Source: a virus (lineage: Duplodnaviria; Caudoviricetes). From it: a DNA stretch of 64,000 nucleotides. A model generated the notes under the pieces. The model saw nothing but the letters and a program-made list of their open reading frames with translations, did not search any database and was not told the DNA's origin. Within the stretch, counting starts at the first letter, position 1. Each line of letters opens with the position of its first letter. A program made the translations under genes and the position numbers. Below are positions 16,081 through 26,700 of the stretch, in pieces. The stretch spans positions 3,389 through 67,388 of the IMG/VR virus record IMGVR_UViG_3300034128_000011; one strand, 5' to 3'.

Positions 16081-17243
16081 TCAAATACCTCTTTTGTTGT
16101 ACGGTCGATATGCTTGCACCGAATAGACGTATCACACATTGGGCGGACGCCGATGTCCCTCAGCTTCTGAGAAAAGAATGTGTCCTGCGTACAGAAATCA
16201 GTCGTCGCAAACCACGGATAGTCAGTCTTCAGAAAGAGATTCGAACGGATCAAAGCGCAACCCATTGTCATCGTAAAAACCTCATGCAGCTCACCGTCAG
16301 GGACTAGGGCTTGCCGCTTTCCGTCCTTCCCGATCACGATTGGAGCACCCTCACGGCACTCAATCCGCTTCGGATAGTACGCACATACTGCATCAAGTCC
16401 ATTCCGCATGTGCTGCATGAGTTTTATCAACGCTCCCTCTGGTGGAAATGTATCATCTTCCACAGTGAATAGATAGTCAGCTCCATCTTTGAGCAGTTCC
16501 CTTACCGCTTCATTGTACGCTTCGTCTACCTTTCTTCCGAAGACATTGTACACCTTCACCTGCATACCCGCTGGGATCTCCATCTGCTCCAGACAAGGCA
16601 ACTTCTCCGCTTTCTTCTCTGTAGGAACGGCGATCATGATTTTCACATTCCCAATTTCAAGAGCCCGTTTTTCTACATCTCGAATGTGATCCAGCTCTGG
16701 CACAGGCGAACGTCCAATCATTCTGAGGGCGTCGATATTGCCTGTGCCAACCCTGCCAGATGCCATGAGATCTTGATTGGCCTGTCGCGTGAGGCGCTTG
16801 ATCCAGTATTCTTCCTGTGCGCCGTTCAATTCTTCTCGTGTAAACTGTTTAGGGAAAGACTTGAAAATTCGATGGAGCGCCTGAAATTCCCTGAGTGCGC
16901 CCAGCATCGCCAGATCCTGATCCTCTATGTCGATCTTCTTGAGCTCGATCTTGCAATCGACGATATCGCTGACATGCCCGCGCGCGCGCAACTCATCTAT
17001 CTCTGCTGCAATCTTAGTTTTGTTGATGATCGCACGGCGAATGTTGTTGTATTTGATCTGCAGCTCTAACACGCACTGAGCATACTGTTGAGGCGTTGTG
17101 TCGTGCTGACCAACAACGAAGTGTTGCAGCTCAAAATCCGTGCGCGACTGTTGGATCTCACGGAACGCTGCATTAAGATCTGCCAGAGCTACATCGTCGA
17201 TGCTACTGTCGATCTGCCGTATCACTCTCTTAATATCGTCCAT
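16077..17243 (-). CDS. Fusion of a coiled-coil domain (fibre-associated) and a GT-A fold glycosyltransferase
   Basis: N-half FVVGQHDTTPQQYAQCVLEL helical domain; C-half IMIAVPT, YLFTVEDDT (DxD-like), MGCALI, PWF, QDTFFS, CKHID. Confidence 0.8.
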   Translation of the reverse strand: MDDIKRVIRQIDSSIDDVALADLNAAFREIQQSRTDFELQHFVVGQHDTTPQQYAQCVLELQIKYNNIRRAIINKTKIAAEIDELRARGHVSDIVDCKIELKKIDIEDQDLAMLGALREFQALHRIFKSFPKQFTREELNGAQEEYWIKRLTRQANQDLMASGRVGTGNIDALRMIGRSPVPELDHIRDVEKRALEIGNVKIMIAVPTEKKAEKLPCLEQMEIPAGMQVKVYNVFGRKVDEAYNEAVRELLKDGADYLFTVEDDTFPPEGALIKLMQHMRNGLDAVCAYYPKRIECREGAPIVIGKDGKRQALVPDGELHEVFTMTMGCALIRSNLFLKTDYPWFATTDFCTQDTFFSQKLRDIGVRPMCDTSIRCKHIDRTTKEVFE

Positions 17244-20200
17244 TTATCCGCCACAATTTGATTGGCTTGCTGGCCCGTATCGAGCCACGGAGAGTCGTGC
17301 TGTCGTTTGCAAGGTTGTTGTCTCTGTCGCATACATAATTTTGTCGGCAATCGTGCAGTGTGTCGTACTGTACCCGCCGCAGCAATATCCTTTTGATGAT
17401 CCTTCACTCAGAAATCCAGCGCTACGGCGGACAGTAGAGAGATTGGCTGTCGTTACATTGCTAATAGTTTCGGTTGAGAATACAATCTTCTCGGCCTTGG
17501 TGCTGTTCCCCCCATTATAGCCGCCGATCGAAAATCCTTTGACAAGGAAATCTGAGATCCCATCATCGCAAGAACGTCCCTCAGATAGATTTGCTGTAGT
17601 TACAGCAGCCTCGCCATCATTAGAAAATGTAATCTTGGTGGTGTTGGTAACAAAATCTTCCCCTGAGCTGGTATTACCACCCATGAAATATCCCCTGTCT
17701 TTGGCTGGCACACCGCTCGCGCTCTGCCTTGCAGGAGTGAGTGACGTAGCAAGAGTAGAACACACGATCGTCGCAAAGTTAGTCACCTGAACTTGATCTG
17801 ACGCACCGTACCCATCAAATCCCCCATAATAATATCCCTTTACTGCAGGGTAGGAAACTTTTGCGTGATTGTATCTGGTAGCGTTGAGGTTGGCCGTTGT
17901 CTGCGCCGCAATCGTGCTATTGCTGTAAGTAATTTTGTGCGCCTCTGATCTCAGGTTCCCATCAAACCCGCCAGTGACGAGTCCATATCCAACAGAAGTC
18001 CCAAGCCCTCTCGCTGCTTGTTTTGCTGCCGCCAAATTAGCCGTTGTAGCTGCCGCAGTGGTATCGGTAGAAAATGTTATCTTGTCTGTCCTTGTGGTAT
18101 TGGCCGATGAAGCTCCGCCCGTAAAATAACCCACTGTCCCGCCTATGATCAGAGCTGGAGATCCAGAATACAGGATCCCTCGCCATTTGCTATTTGCTTC
18201 AACACAAAGGAACTGAACCACATCATACCCAGTGTCAGCTTTGAGTGATCCACCTTGCCCGCTGATGGTAACCAGTGGCCCAAAATATATGATGTCGCCA
18301 GTCGCGGGAAGCACTTCCCAAAATCCGCCCTTACCAACAACCATAACCTGATCCCCTAATGCGGCAACTGCTGGCAACTCCATCTGGAGATTGCCACTTA
18401 CAACATACCCCCTGTTGACGTCAATTGGATCTTGATATGAAGCATCGGCAGCATACCAAGACATGCCAGTTCCACCCTCACCTGCCGCCCCCTGATTTCC
18501 TTGGTTGCCTTGTGCCCCCACACTCCCTGCCGTACCCTGATTCCCCTGTGTCCCCACACTCCCTGCCGTACCCTGATTGCCCTGCGATCCTACCGCACCT
18601 GCTGCACCCTGATCCCCCTGCACGCCTGCAGAGCCTGCTGTTCCCTGTGCGCCCGTTGCACCCGCTGCGCCTTGATCTCCCTGTGCGCCCGCAGTACCTG
18701 CTGTGCCTTGTGCGCCTGTCGTACCTGTCGCGCCTTGATCTCCTTGGTTGCCCTGAGCTCCTGTCGTACCGACTGCACCTTGATCGCCTTGTGCACCCGT
18801 TGCTCCAACTGCTCCCTGATTCCCCTGATTCCCTTGGCTACCAGTTGCACCTGTCACCCCCTGAACACCTTGTGTACCTTGATAGCCCTGCGTACCCTGA
18901 GCGCCTGTCGTACCGACTGCCCCCTGATTACCTTGGTTCCCTTGACTGCCAGTTGCACCTGTCAGACCCTGAACACCTTGCGTTCCCTGATAACCTTGGT
19001 AGCCCTGCGTTCCTTGAGCACCTGTCGTACCGACCGCACCCTGATTCCCCTGATTGCCTTGTGCCCCTGTCGTTCCAGTTAATCCCTGCACGCCCTGTGC
19101 ACCTGTTGTACCGACTGCACCCTGATCGCCTTGGTTGCCAGTTGCACCTGTCGTACCAACGATCCCCTGATATCCCTGATAGCCCCGATCCCCTTGTGCA
19201 CCAACCGCACCCTGATTGCCTTGGTTGCCCTGCGATCCTGTCAGACCTTGAACACCCTGTGTGCCTTGGTAACCTTGTGTCCCTTGTGCTCCTGTCGTAC
19301 CGACCGCACCCTGACTCCCTTGGTTGCCTGTCAGACCTTGAACACCTTGTGTGCCCTGATATCCTTGATCACCCTTCGCACCAACTGCACCTTGGTTTCC
19401 TTGGTTACCCTGACTCCCTTGGTTGCCAGTCAGACCCTGAACGCCTTGCGTGCCCTGATACCCTTGATCACCCTTTGCACCAACTGCACCTTGGTTGCCC
19501 TGATTGCCCTGAGCCCCTGTTGTTCCTGTCAGACCTTGAACACCCTGTGTACCTTGGTAGCCCTGCGTTCCTTGAGCACCTGTCGTACCGACCGCACCCT
19601 GATTGCCTTGGTTACCTTGGTTGCCCTGAGCTCCTGTCGTACCTGTCAAACCCTGCACACCCTGCGTTCCCTGAGCGCCCGTTGTACCAACCACGCCCTG
19701 ATTCCCTTGGTTGCCCTGATTGCCAGTCAGACCTTGGACGCCCTGCGTTCCTTGGTAACCTTGCGTCCCTTGTGCTCCTGTCGTACCGACCGCGCCCTGA
19801 TTGCCTTGGTTACCCTGATTGCCTTGGTTGCCAGTCGTACCAGTCAGACCTTGGACACCCTGCGTTCCCTGATATCCTTGATCACCCTTCGCACCAACTG
19901 CACCTTGATTCCCTTGGTTACCCTGACTCCCTTGGTTGCCAGTCAGACCTTGAACACCCTGATAGCCTTGGTAGCCCCGATCGCCTTGATCGCCCTGATC
20001 ACCTTGTGCGCCTGTCGTGCCAGTCAGACCTTGGACGCCCTGTGTTCCCTGATACCCCTGTGTTCCCTGTGCACCGACCGCACCTTGGTTGCCTTGGTTC
20101 CCCTGATTGCCAGTTAGACCTTGAACACCTTGCGTGCCTTGGTAGCCCTGTGTGCCCTGCGCACCGACTGCACCTTGGTTGCCTTGGTTGCCTTGGTTGC

Positions 20201-21911
20201 CAGTCAGACCTTGGACGCCCTGCGTGCCTTGGTTGCCTTGGTCACCCTGTGCACCTGTCGTACCGACCGCACCCTGATCTCCTTGATTACCCTGTGAACC
20301 TGTTGCTCCAGTTGTGCCAGTTAGACCCTGAACTCCCTGCGTCCCTTGATCACCCTGATCACCCTGATCCCCCTGTGCACCGACCGCACCTTGAACTCCC
20401 TGCGTCCCTTGGAATCCCTGATCACCTTTTGCACCAACCGCACCCTGATTACCTTGGTTACCCTGATTCCCCTGAGCTCCTGTCGTACCCGTTAGACCCT
20501 GAACACCCTGCGCACCTTGATCACCAGTCAATCCCTGAATGCCCTGTGTTCCCTGCGCTCCTGTCGTACCCACTGCGCCCTGATCACCCTGATTGCCTTG
20601 GTAGCCCCGATCCCCCTGCGTCCCTTGGGCACCAGTTGTTCCAATGGCCCCTTGATTTCCCTGATTCCCTTGGTTGCCAGTTAATCCTTGAACACCCTGT
20701 GTGCCCTGATCTCCCTGATCTCCCTGATCTCCCTGTGAGCCTGTCGTACCGACCGCTCCTTGGTTACCAGTCAGACCCTGATCTCCCTGATCCCCCTGCG
20801 CGCCAGTTGTGCCAGTCAGACCTTGAACACCCTGCGTGCCTTGATCTCCCTTCGCACCAACCGCTCCCTGATTCCCTTGAACACCCTGTGTCCCTTGATG
20901 TCCCTGATCGCCCTGTGTGCCTTGAGCACCAGTCGAACCGACTGCTCCCTGATTGCCTTGGTTACCTTGATTGCCCTGTGCGCCCGTTGTGCCAGTCAGA
21001 CCCTGATTACCCTGATTACCCTGATTACCCTGATTACCCTGATCACCCTGATCACCCTGATCACCTTGTGCACCTGTCGTACCAGTCAGTCCCTGAACAC
21101 CCTGTGTGCCTTGGTTGCCAGTCAGACCCTGATCCCCCTGAGCACCAACCACCCCCTGATTCCCTTGATTGCCCTGTGCGCCCGTTGTGCCAGTTAGACC
21201 TTGATCACCCTGTGCGCCTTGATCACCTTGCGTACCGACCGCGCCCTCATCGCCCTGATTGCCTTGGTTGCCAGTCGTACCAGTTACACCTTGGTTACCT
21301 TGGTTACCCTGAGCTCCTACTGTTCCTTGATCACCCTGCGTCCCTGCCACGCCTTGATCACCTTGCGTGCCTGCCGCTCCCTGCGCACCTTGATCGCCTT
21401 GGTTACCTTGCACGCCTGCCGTACCCTGCGTTCCTTGGTTTCCTTGGTTGCCTTGCGCACCTGTCGTACCTGTTGCACCCTGATCTCCTTGATCACCCTG
21501 ATTGCCCTGTGTCCCTACTGCGCCCTGATTGCCCTGATTGCCTTGGTTGCCCTGCGCCCCTGCATTTCCCTGATCTCCCTGCGTTCCTGCTATGCCCTGT
21601 GTCCCTTGATCGCCCTGTGTTCCAACTGTCCCTTGGTTGCCCTGATTACCCTGATAGCCTTGATTACCGATTGATCCCTGATCACCTTGTGCACCTACAA
21701 CTCCCTGATCGCCCTGATCTCCCTGCCCTCCCTGATATCCTTGTGGCCCCTGTGCGCCAATAGCAGTGACGTCAACCCATGTGTCGGCAACCAAAAGAAG
21801 CTCGGCCAAAGTGTCCGTCTCATAAAAACGCGCACCATTTGGCACGTTCGTCGGCTTCGTGTCTGTCGAGAGCCCGACAAATACATCACCAGCATATCGT
21901 TTGATTGCCAT
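17244..21911 (-). CDS. Giant collagen-like fibre protein with C-terminal beta-propeller-like head
   Basis: Short N-terminal GLSTDTKP..GARFYETDT domain; Gly-X-Y from aa 52 to ~1144; hinge domain; about six GY/FxxGG repeats at the C-terminus. Confidence 0.92.
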   Translation of the reverse strand: MAIKRYAGDVFVGLSTDTKPTNVPNGARFYETDTLAELLLVADTWVDVTAIGAQGPQGYQGGQGDQGDQGVVGAQGDQGSIGNQGYQGNQGNQGTVGTQGDQGTQGIAGTQGDQGNAGAQGNQGNQGNQGAVGTQGNQGDQGDQGATGTTGAQGNQGNQGTQGTAGVQGNQGDQGAQGAAGTQGDQGVAGTQGDQGTVGAQGNQGNQGVTGTTGNQGNQGDEGAVGTQGDQGAQGDQGLTGTTGAQGNQGNQGVVGAQGDQGLTGNQGTQGVQGLTGTTGAQGDQGDQGDQGNQGNQGNQGNQGLTGTTGAQGNQGNQGNQGAVGSTGAQGTQGDQGHQGTQGVQGNQGAVGAKGDQGTQGVQGLTGTTGAQGDQGDQGLTGNQGAVGTTGSQGDQGDQGDQGTQGVQGLTGNQGNQGNQGAIGTTGAQGTQGDRGYQGNQGDQGAVGTTGAQGTQGIQGLTGDQGAQGVQGLTGTTGAQGNQGNQGNQGAVGAKGDQGFQGTQGVQGAVGAQGDQGDQGDQGTQGVQGLTGTTGATGSQGNQGDQGAVGTTGAQGDQGNQGTQGVQGLTGNQGNQGNQGAVGAQGTQGYQGTQGVQGLTGNQGNQGNQGAVGAQGTQGYQGTQGVQGLTGTTGAQGDQGDQGDRGYQGYQGVQGLTGNQGSQGNQGNQGAVGAKGDQGYQGTQGVQGLTGTTGNQGNQGNQGNQGAVGTTGAQGTQGYQGTQGVQGLTGNQGNQGNQGVVGTTGAQGTQGVQGLTGTTGAQGNQGNQGNQGAVGTTGAQGTQGYQGTQGVQGLTGTTGAQGNQGNQGAVGAKGDQGYQGTQGVQGLTGNQGSQGNQGNQGAVGAKGDQGYQGTQGVQGLTGNQGSQGAVGTTGAQGTQGYQGTQGVQGLTGSQGNQGNQGAVGAQGDRGYQGYQGIVGTTGATGNQGDQGAVGTTGAQGVQGLTGTTGAQGNQGNQGAVGTTGAQGTQGYQGYQGTQGVQGLTGATGSQGNQGNQGAVGTTGAQGTQGYQGTQGVQGVTGATGSQGNQGNQGAVGATGAQGDQGAVGTTGAQGNQGDQGATGTTGAQGTAGTAGAQGDQGAAGATGAQGTAGSAGVQGDQGAAGAVGSQGNQGTAGSVGTQGNQGTAGSVGAQGNQGNQGAAGEGGTGMSWYAADASYQDPIDVNRGYVVSGNLQMELPAVAALGDQVMVVGKGGFWEVLPATGDIIYFGPLVTISGQGGSLKADTGYDVVQFLCVEANSKWRGILYSGSPALIIGGTVGYFTGGASSANTTRTDKITFSTDTTAAATTANLAAAKQAARGLGTSVGYGLVTGGFDGNLRSEAHKITYSNSTIAAQTTANLNATRYNHAKVSYPAVKGYYYGGFDGYGASDQVQVTNFATIVCSTLATSLTPARQSASGVPAKDRGYFMGGNTSSGEDFVTNTTKITFSNDGEAAVTTANLSEGRSCDDGISDFLVKGFSIGGYNGGNSTKAEKIVFSTETISNVTTANLSTVRRSAGFLSEGSSKGYCCGGYSTTHCTIADKIMYATETTTLQTTARLSVARYGPASQSNCGG
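18480..21758 (-). repeat. Collagen Gly-X-Y coding repeat, ~364 triplets with higher-order duplicated blocks
   Basis: Gly52 to Gly1144 are in register (1092 aa); recurring GYQGTQGVQGLTG and GNQGNQGAVG blocks. Confidence 0.95.
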
Positions 21912-23161
21912 TAGATCAGCTTCTCTCCGTAGAAACGGATGCTGTCGTCTTTGAGTGCGATCAAATGTGCCTGTACATATGGCACCTGTTCATTCCACTT
22001 TAGCACGTCTGCAAGTTTAAGCGCCTGAAAACTGGCTGTACACATTGGCTCGATATAGCGACGGACAGACGCTTCTGTATAGTAACGAAAACTTCGCCTG
22101 TTCCAAAAGCTCTTGTGTGTCGGATCGCACCATGCCCCAACACCATTCGTGCTGGGAACGTCGATGATGAAAAACCCGCCGTGCGCAAGAACACGGTGCG
22201 CTTCATTCATCGTACGGACAGGATCCACCAGATGCTCGACTGCGTCACTTGCACGAATTACCCCGACACTGCCCGTAATGAACGGCCACGGCTTATCAAG
22301 GTCGGCAATGAATTGCGCGTTCTTCAAATCCACGGTAGCAAGCCCACCATATGGATCCACCCCGCTGCAGAGATCGAGTCCCAGCAGTCCATTGTCATTC
22401 GCCCACTTTATTGCCATCGGAAGAACGTAGCGATCGTGATTCAGCCACATCGTTGTCTGGATCTCCGCCATGTTCTTCAGCCACGTATTTTCTCCGTGGA
22501 CACGATAGATGTAGAGCGGTTCATCAATGTGAGCAATCTTGCTGGTGAGGTACATCCTGCACGTGAGATCATGATCGTCGCTGATCTTCATGTTTGGATC
22601 ATGCCCACCTGCATTCCAGTAAGCAGATGTTCTCCATGCGCGGATGTGATTGGGGGCGAACCAGATGCGGGTGAGATTTTGTGGGTACGGAGCCGCTGAG
22701 CGGGCTTCGAGAAAATCCAGTCCCTTGTATTCAAACGGACGGTACGACCAGCCATACTGATTCGACCAGACGATCGGGGTCATGTTGCGCATGTCGATAT
22801 TGACCGTGTTGGAATAGACCATGCCGACATGCTCGTCATCGTGGAATGCAGCAACCACCTTCTCCAAACAGTCTGGCGTGATCACATCGTCATGATCTAT
22901 CTCGGCAATGATTTCTCCATCCGAACGATTTGCTGCATGTCGTTTCAATGCCCCCACCTTACTTTCGTGAGGATCATCCAACGTAGCGATCTTCACTCGT
23001 GGATCTATCAATATGTCTGCTGGAATTTGCCCAATCGCACCGTTGTTCGGAACGATCACCCACTGCCACTCTTCATGAGTCTGTGCTTTTAAGGACTCGA
23101 AAAGTTCTGGCAACCATTCGGGATTGTGCGTTGGCGTTATCACAGAAACAAGAGAGTGCAT
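21911..23161 (-). CDS. GT2 glycosyltransferase fused to class I SAM-dependent methyltransferase
   Basis: VSVITPTHN, VIVPNN, IDHDD, SDDHDL, YIYRVHG; C-terminal LDLCSG, DAVEHL, AHRVL..GG, DPTH. Confidence 0.9.
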   Translation of the reverse strand: MHSLVSVITPTHNPEWLPELFESLKAQTHEEWQWVIVPNNGAIGQIPADILIDPRVKIATLDDPHESKVGALKRHAANRSDGEIIAEIDHDDVITPDCLEKVVAAFHDDEHVGMVYSNTVNIDMRNMTPIVWSNQYGWSYRPFEYKGLDFLEARSAAPYPQNLTRIWFAPNHIRAWRTSAYWNAGGHDPNMKISDDHDLTCRMYLTSKIAHIDEPLYIYRVHGENTWLKNMAEIQTTMWLNHDRYVLPMAIKWANDNGLLGLDLCSGVDPYGGLATVDLKNAQFIADLDKPWPFITGSVGVIRASDAVEHLVDPVRTMNEAHRVLAHGGFFIIDVPSTNGVGAWCDPTHKSFWNRRSFRYYTEASVRRYIEPMCTASFQALKLADVLKWNEQVPYVQAHLIALKDDSIRFYGEKLI

Positions 23162-23162
23162 G

Positions 23163-23747
23163 TCAGACCGTATATGAGTGGAGAATAGACTCTTGGCCAT
23201 TAGGGTCGAGCGTCACCCAGCGTATCTCGTTGGGCGTTCCAGCGATCGTTCTCATGTACATCACCATACTGTCAGCCGCAGGAGTTGCGGGTGCTGCCAT
23301 TGATTGTAGATGGAGAAAGCCGCTCAGGTGCATGTTCACAAATGTCTCTGTCGTGACCTTCGTATAGTCTGTCAAGATGAGATGATAATACTCACCAGTT
23401 CCTCCACCCTGCAGTGAAGGAATGACGTTGTGTGTGAGAGCAAGGCCAATCTTCGCCGACGATCCGCTAAGAGCCGCGAGTGTGAGCCCGAACGTCTGAT
23501 CCAGTGCCAGTTCGCTGACTCCTGTCAGAACGAGAGAGCCATCGAGAAGTCGGATTACGATCGTAGATCCACTACCTGATATGCCGCCGCCCCCGCTGGA
23601 TCCACTCTGACTGATCACCGTGGTTGATCCAGATGCCACAGCACGAGCACGTTCCAACGCCTGAAACTCACGATTCAACTTCTCGATCAGAATCTGCTGA
23701 GAGTCGGTTGGATTGAAATATGTTTGACGCTTATAGCTAGTGCCCAT
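23163..23747 (-). CDS. Putative fibre-anchoring/minor tail protein
   Basis: Gly/Ser linker; HNVIPSLQGGGTGEYYHL motif typical of phage fibre proteins; position. Confidence 0.5.
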   Translation of the reverse strand: MGTSYKRQTYFNPTDSQQILIEKLNREFQALERARAVASGSTTVISQSGSSGGGGISGSGSTIVIRLLDGSLVLTGVSELALDQTFGLTLAALSGSSAKIGLALTHNVIPSLQGGGTGEYYHLILTDYTKVTTETFVNMHLSGFLHLQSMAAPATPAADSMVMYMRTIAGTPNEIRWVTLDPNGQESILHSYTV

Positions 23748-23749
23748 CT

Positions 23750-26700
23750 CTATTCCATGTAGGGGATCATCTTGGCCAGCCTATTCGCTTCCATGACCTT
23801 CTCTCTGACGTCGAGAGCAATCGACTCGCTGATCTTTTCCTTCAATTCGTCTGGCATGTCCTTGCTGTCTCGCAATCCATTCTCGACACGCCGCTGCATC
23901 TGCAGGTGTAACCTCACATCATTGAACGGTTTGTACAGCTTGTACTGTGCTCGCTCGACCTTTGTGATGTGCCCACCAAGCAAGGCTACTTGCAGAGCTT
24001 CTTCGTTCAAAGGTTTTCCACCACTCTTCGGATCAATCTTGTCGATGGTTTTCTTTGCCTCATTGATCTTGTCCAACGTATTGTAGAATGTTTGGACATC
24101 GTTCGATCCGAATCCCACCACATTCTTGCGAGTGAATAGTCTGCCCACAAAAGCCAAGTCAGATTTCTCTGTTGGCATGGATGACTTCAAGAGGCCAAAG
24201 GTTGTCGGTGCTTTCAAGAACTCGCGCGCGAGCCCGCCAGTATATCCGCTCATCAGATGATCGAGAATGATCGGCGACAATCCAGTACCACTGAACATAG
24301 CACCAATGCGCTTGATTGTTTCTGGCGTGTTCGTCGTGTACTGCAGCCAATGCTGTACGTCTTCCAGATCCTTTGGGATGAGCGGTCTGTTGCGGAAAAG
24401 ATCTTTGTTTAATCTGGCCTCTATAATTGGACGAGCAGCCGCAACTTCTGCACCAAGCTGGATGATCTCTTCAACGCCAGCTTCCAGAATATCCAGATCT
24501 CCCCCCAACAGATTCAGATCGGTTGTGATCGGAGCGATGTTTACTGGAAGCAGATTGCGCGCCATCTCGTCAATGACTGATCTGGTATGCTCTGTCCCGC
24601 TGCCATAATACATATCGCAGAGCACTGCCTGTGGAATGCCGCCAAAGATGTAACCATATTCAAATGGCATCGGCAGTCGGATGATGTCCTTGCCGATGCT
24701 AAAATGCCAGAAGCCAAACCGTTCCCATGGGGGCAGAGCCTTATACCACTCTTCATCCTTGTTCAGAGCAAAGAGGCCCATGGTGATCAACGTCAGCTTA
24801 GAACTCCGCAAAAATGTCTCTGCTGGCGCTTGACGGAACGAACGATACATCTTAGACATGCCCTGAATAGACGGATTGAAAAATGGGATGAGCTGGTTTA
24901 AGAACTGACCATAAATGCCAGCGCGCCTGAAGTTCACCGAGATCTCAGCCGCTGCGTTTCCAGCTTCAACCACTCTGTCTTCGCGCAACCGATTAGCCAG
25001 TTCCATTTCTCCATTTGCTTCTGCTCGCGCGATTTGCCCTTTATATTTGTCCATGACACGCCTATACTCCGCTATGCGCGGAACAGCTTCTGGTGCCGAA
25101 ATGAACCTTTTGTAAGCATCAATGACTTTGCCCAATGCTTCAACTGGATGATTGCCGATGTCAACCAAACGTCCCTTGATATGTCCCTTCAGAACTGCAT
25201 CGTTGACCATGCGCTGAATATTGCTTTGGCCAAACATCTCTTGACCAAGAGGCTGAGACATTGCCCCGCCCCCAGCTTCCCACTGAATCCGTGCTGCTTC
25301 GATTTCTGGATTGCGCGCAATGTTTATTCCCACCTTTCGCATGGTGTTGCCAGTCATGTCTCCCCACACCTGCGCCATTGCTTTGAAAATGTTGCGACTG
25401 GCTTCGTCCTTCTGGTTCTGCAGGTAGGCAGTTTGGGTATCGCGAATCGGATTCGTGATCAAATTGAATGCGGCATTGTAGCCAGTCGTTCCTACGCGCG
25501 TCCAGCGTGCTGGAGCAAAAAGGAGATTCCAGATAGGCGAGTATTGCCTATACGACATATTCTGGAATCCCTCATAGAGCGCAGAATTAATTTTGAACCA
25601 TCGGCGTCGTCCGTTATGGACTACCGAAACCACATTCTCCTGACCATAATACTGATCGGCATTAGAGAAAATGGTGACGAGCTTATCGACACTCGATGCT
25701 GGGACTGACATCCCCATCCTTGTCAACTGAGTTGCCATAGCCTCAACGCGAACCGTTGTGGCCTTCATCGGATTCACTTCTTCGATCCATGGGGCCAGTC
25801 CATCCGTCATGTCGGCAAGCTCAGCCATTGCACGAGCAGCACGAGCTTTATCTGCGAGAGCAATCAGTCGCTCTGCCTGAAAGATCATGGATTCAATGGG
25901 ATTGACCTTCCCCATCTTGGATCCAGTAATTTTGTGGAACGGCTTTGCCAGATCGACCATCCCGCGCCCGCCACTTCCAGCGAGCCTTTCGTCGTACTCC
26001 GCTCCACGTTTATACCACTTACCCAACTCCATGTCCCAGTGCCCTTCATAGGCAATCTTGAGTGGGATGTACATCATGTTTGATAACCGAATGATCTCAG
26101 CTTCTTCGAAAGTCAGTCCACCAGCCTCAGCCAGATATCCTAGAACAGCATGATTCCAACGGGCAAGCCCTTGAGCAAAGACCTCATAAGCTGGATCAGA
26201 AAACTGTTGCCTGATCCGTTGGATCTCGCCAATTGACAAACCAACATTGACTGGCTTTGGCGTGATGCGATCGGCTTCTGTTCTGCCCAGCAGTTCTTCC
26301 GCATGTCTCGCAAAGGCATAGGTCACCCCATTTTTCAGCCGTTGCATATCTCCATTGGCAAGCGTGCTGATCATGGACTGGAGCGATTCGCACACCAGAT
26401 CGCCACGGAAATTGTAGATACCTTTTTCCACCCAGTATCGCGCTTTTGCAGGAGCTGATTTCTGTGTATACATCCGAAGTTGAGCTGGATCTCTCGAAGG
26501 AGAATAGTATGCAACCATCTCTGGTGTTGACCGCGCAGTAAGGATCTCCTTAGTCCATCGTTCAAGTGGATCGTTGGTGTTAGTCCAGTGCAACGGGCCA
26601 GACTGCTTTATCCAATCCCACGTAGCGACCGCTTTGTCTTTGAACGTGAGATCAGAAAACTTTCCGCCCCCTATGTTGTCGAGCAAACTATTTGCTTTCG

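Noticed and set aside
17244-18479. Diversity-generating retroelement target at the fibre tip
   Set aside because: No reverse transcriptase and no template/variable repeat pair differing at adenines seen in the window
18425-21763. 1112-aa + strand ORF and other long Cys/Leu/Pro-rich ORFs opposite the collagen gene
   Set aside because: Antisense shadows of the Gly-X-Y repeat, which lacks stops in several frames; no SD and no plausible composition
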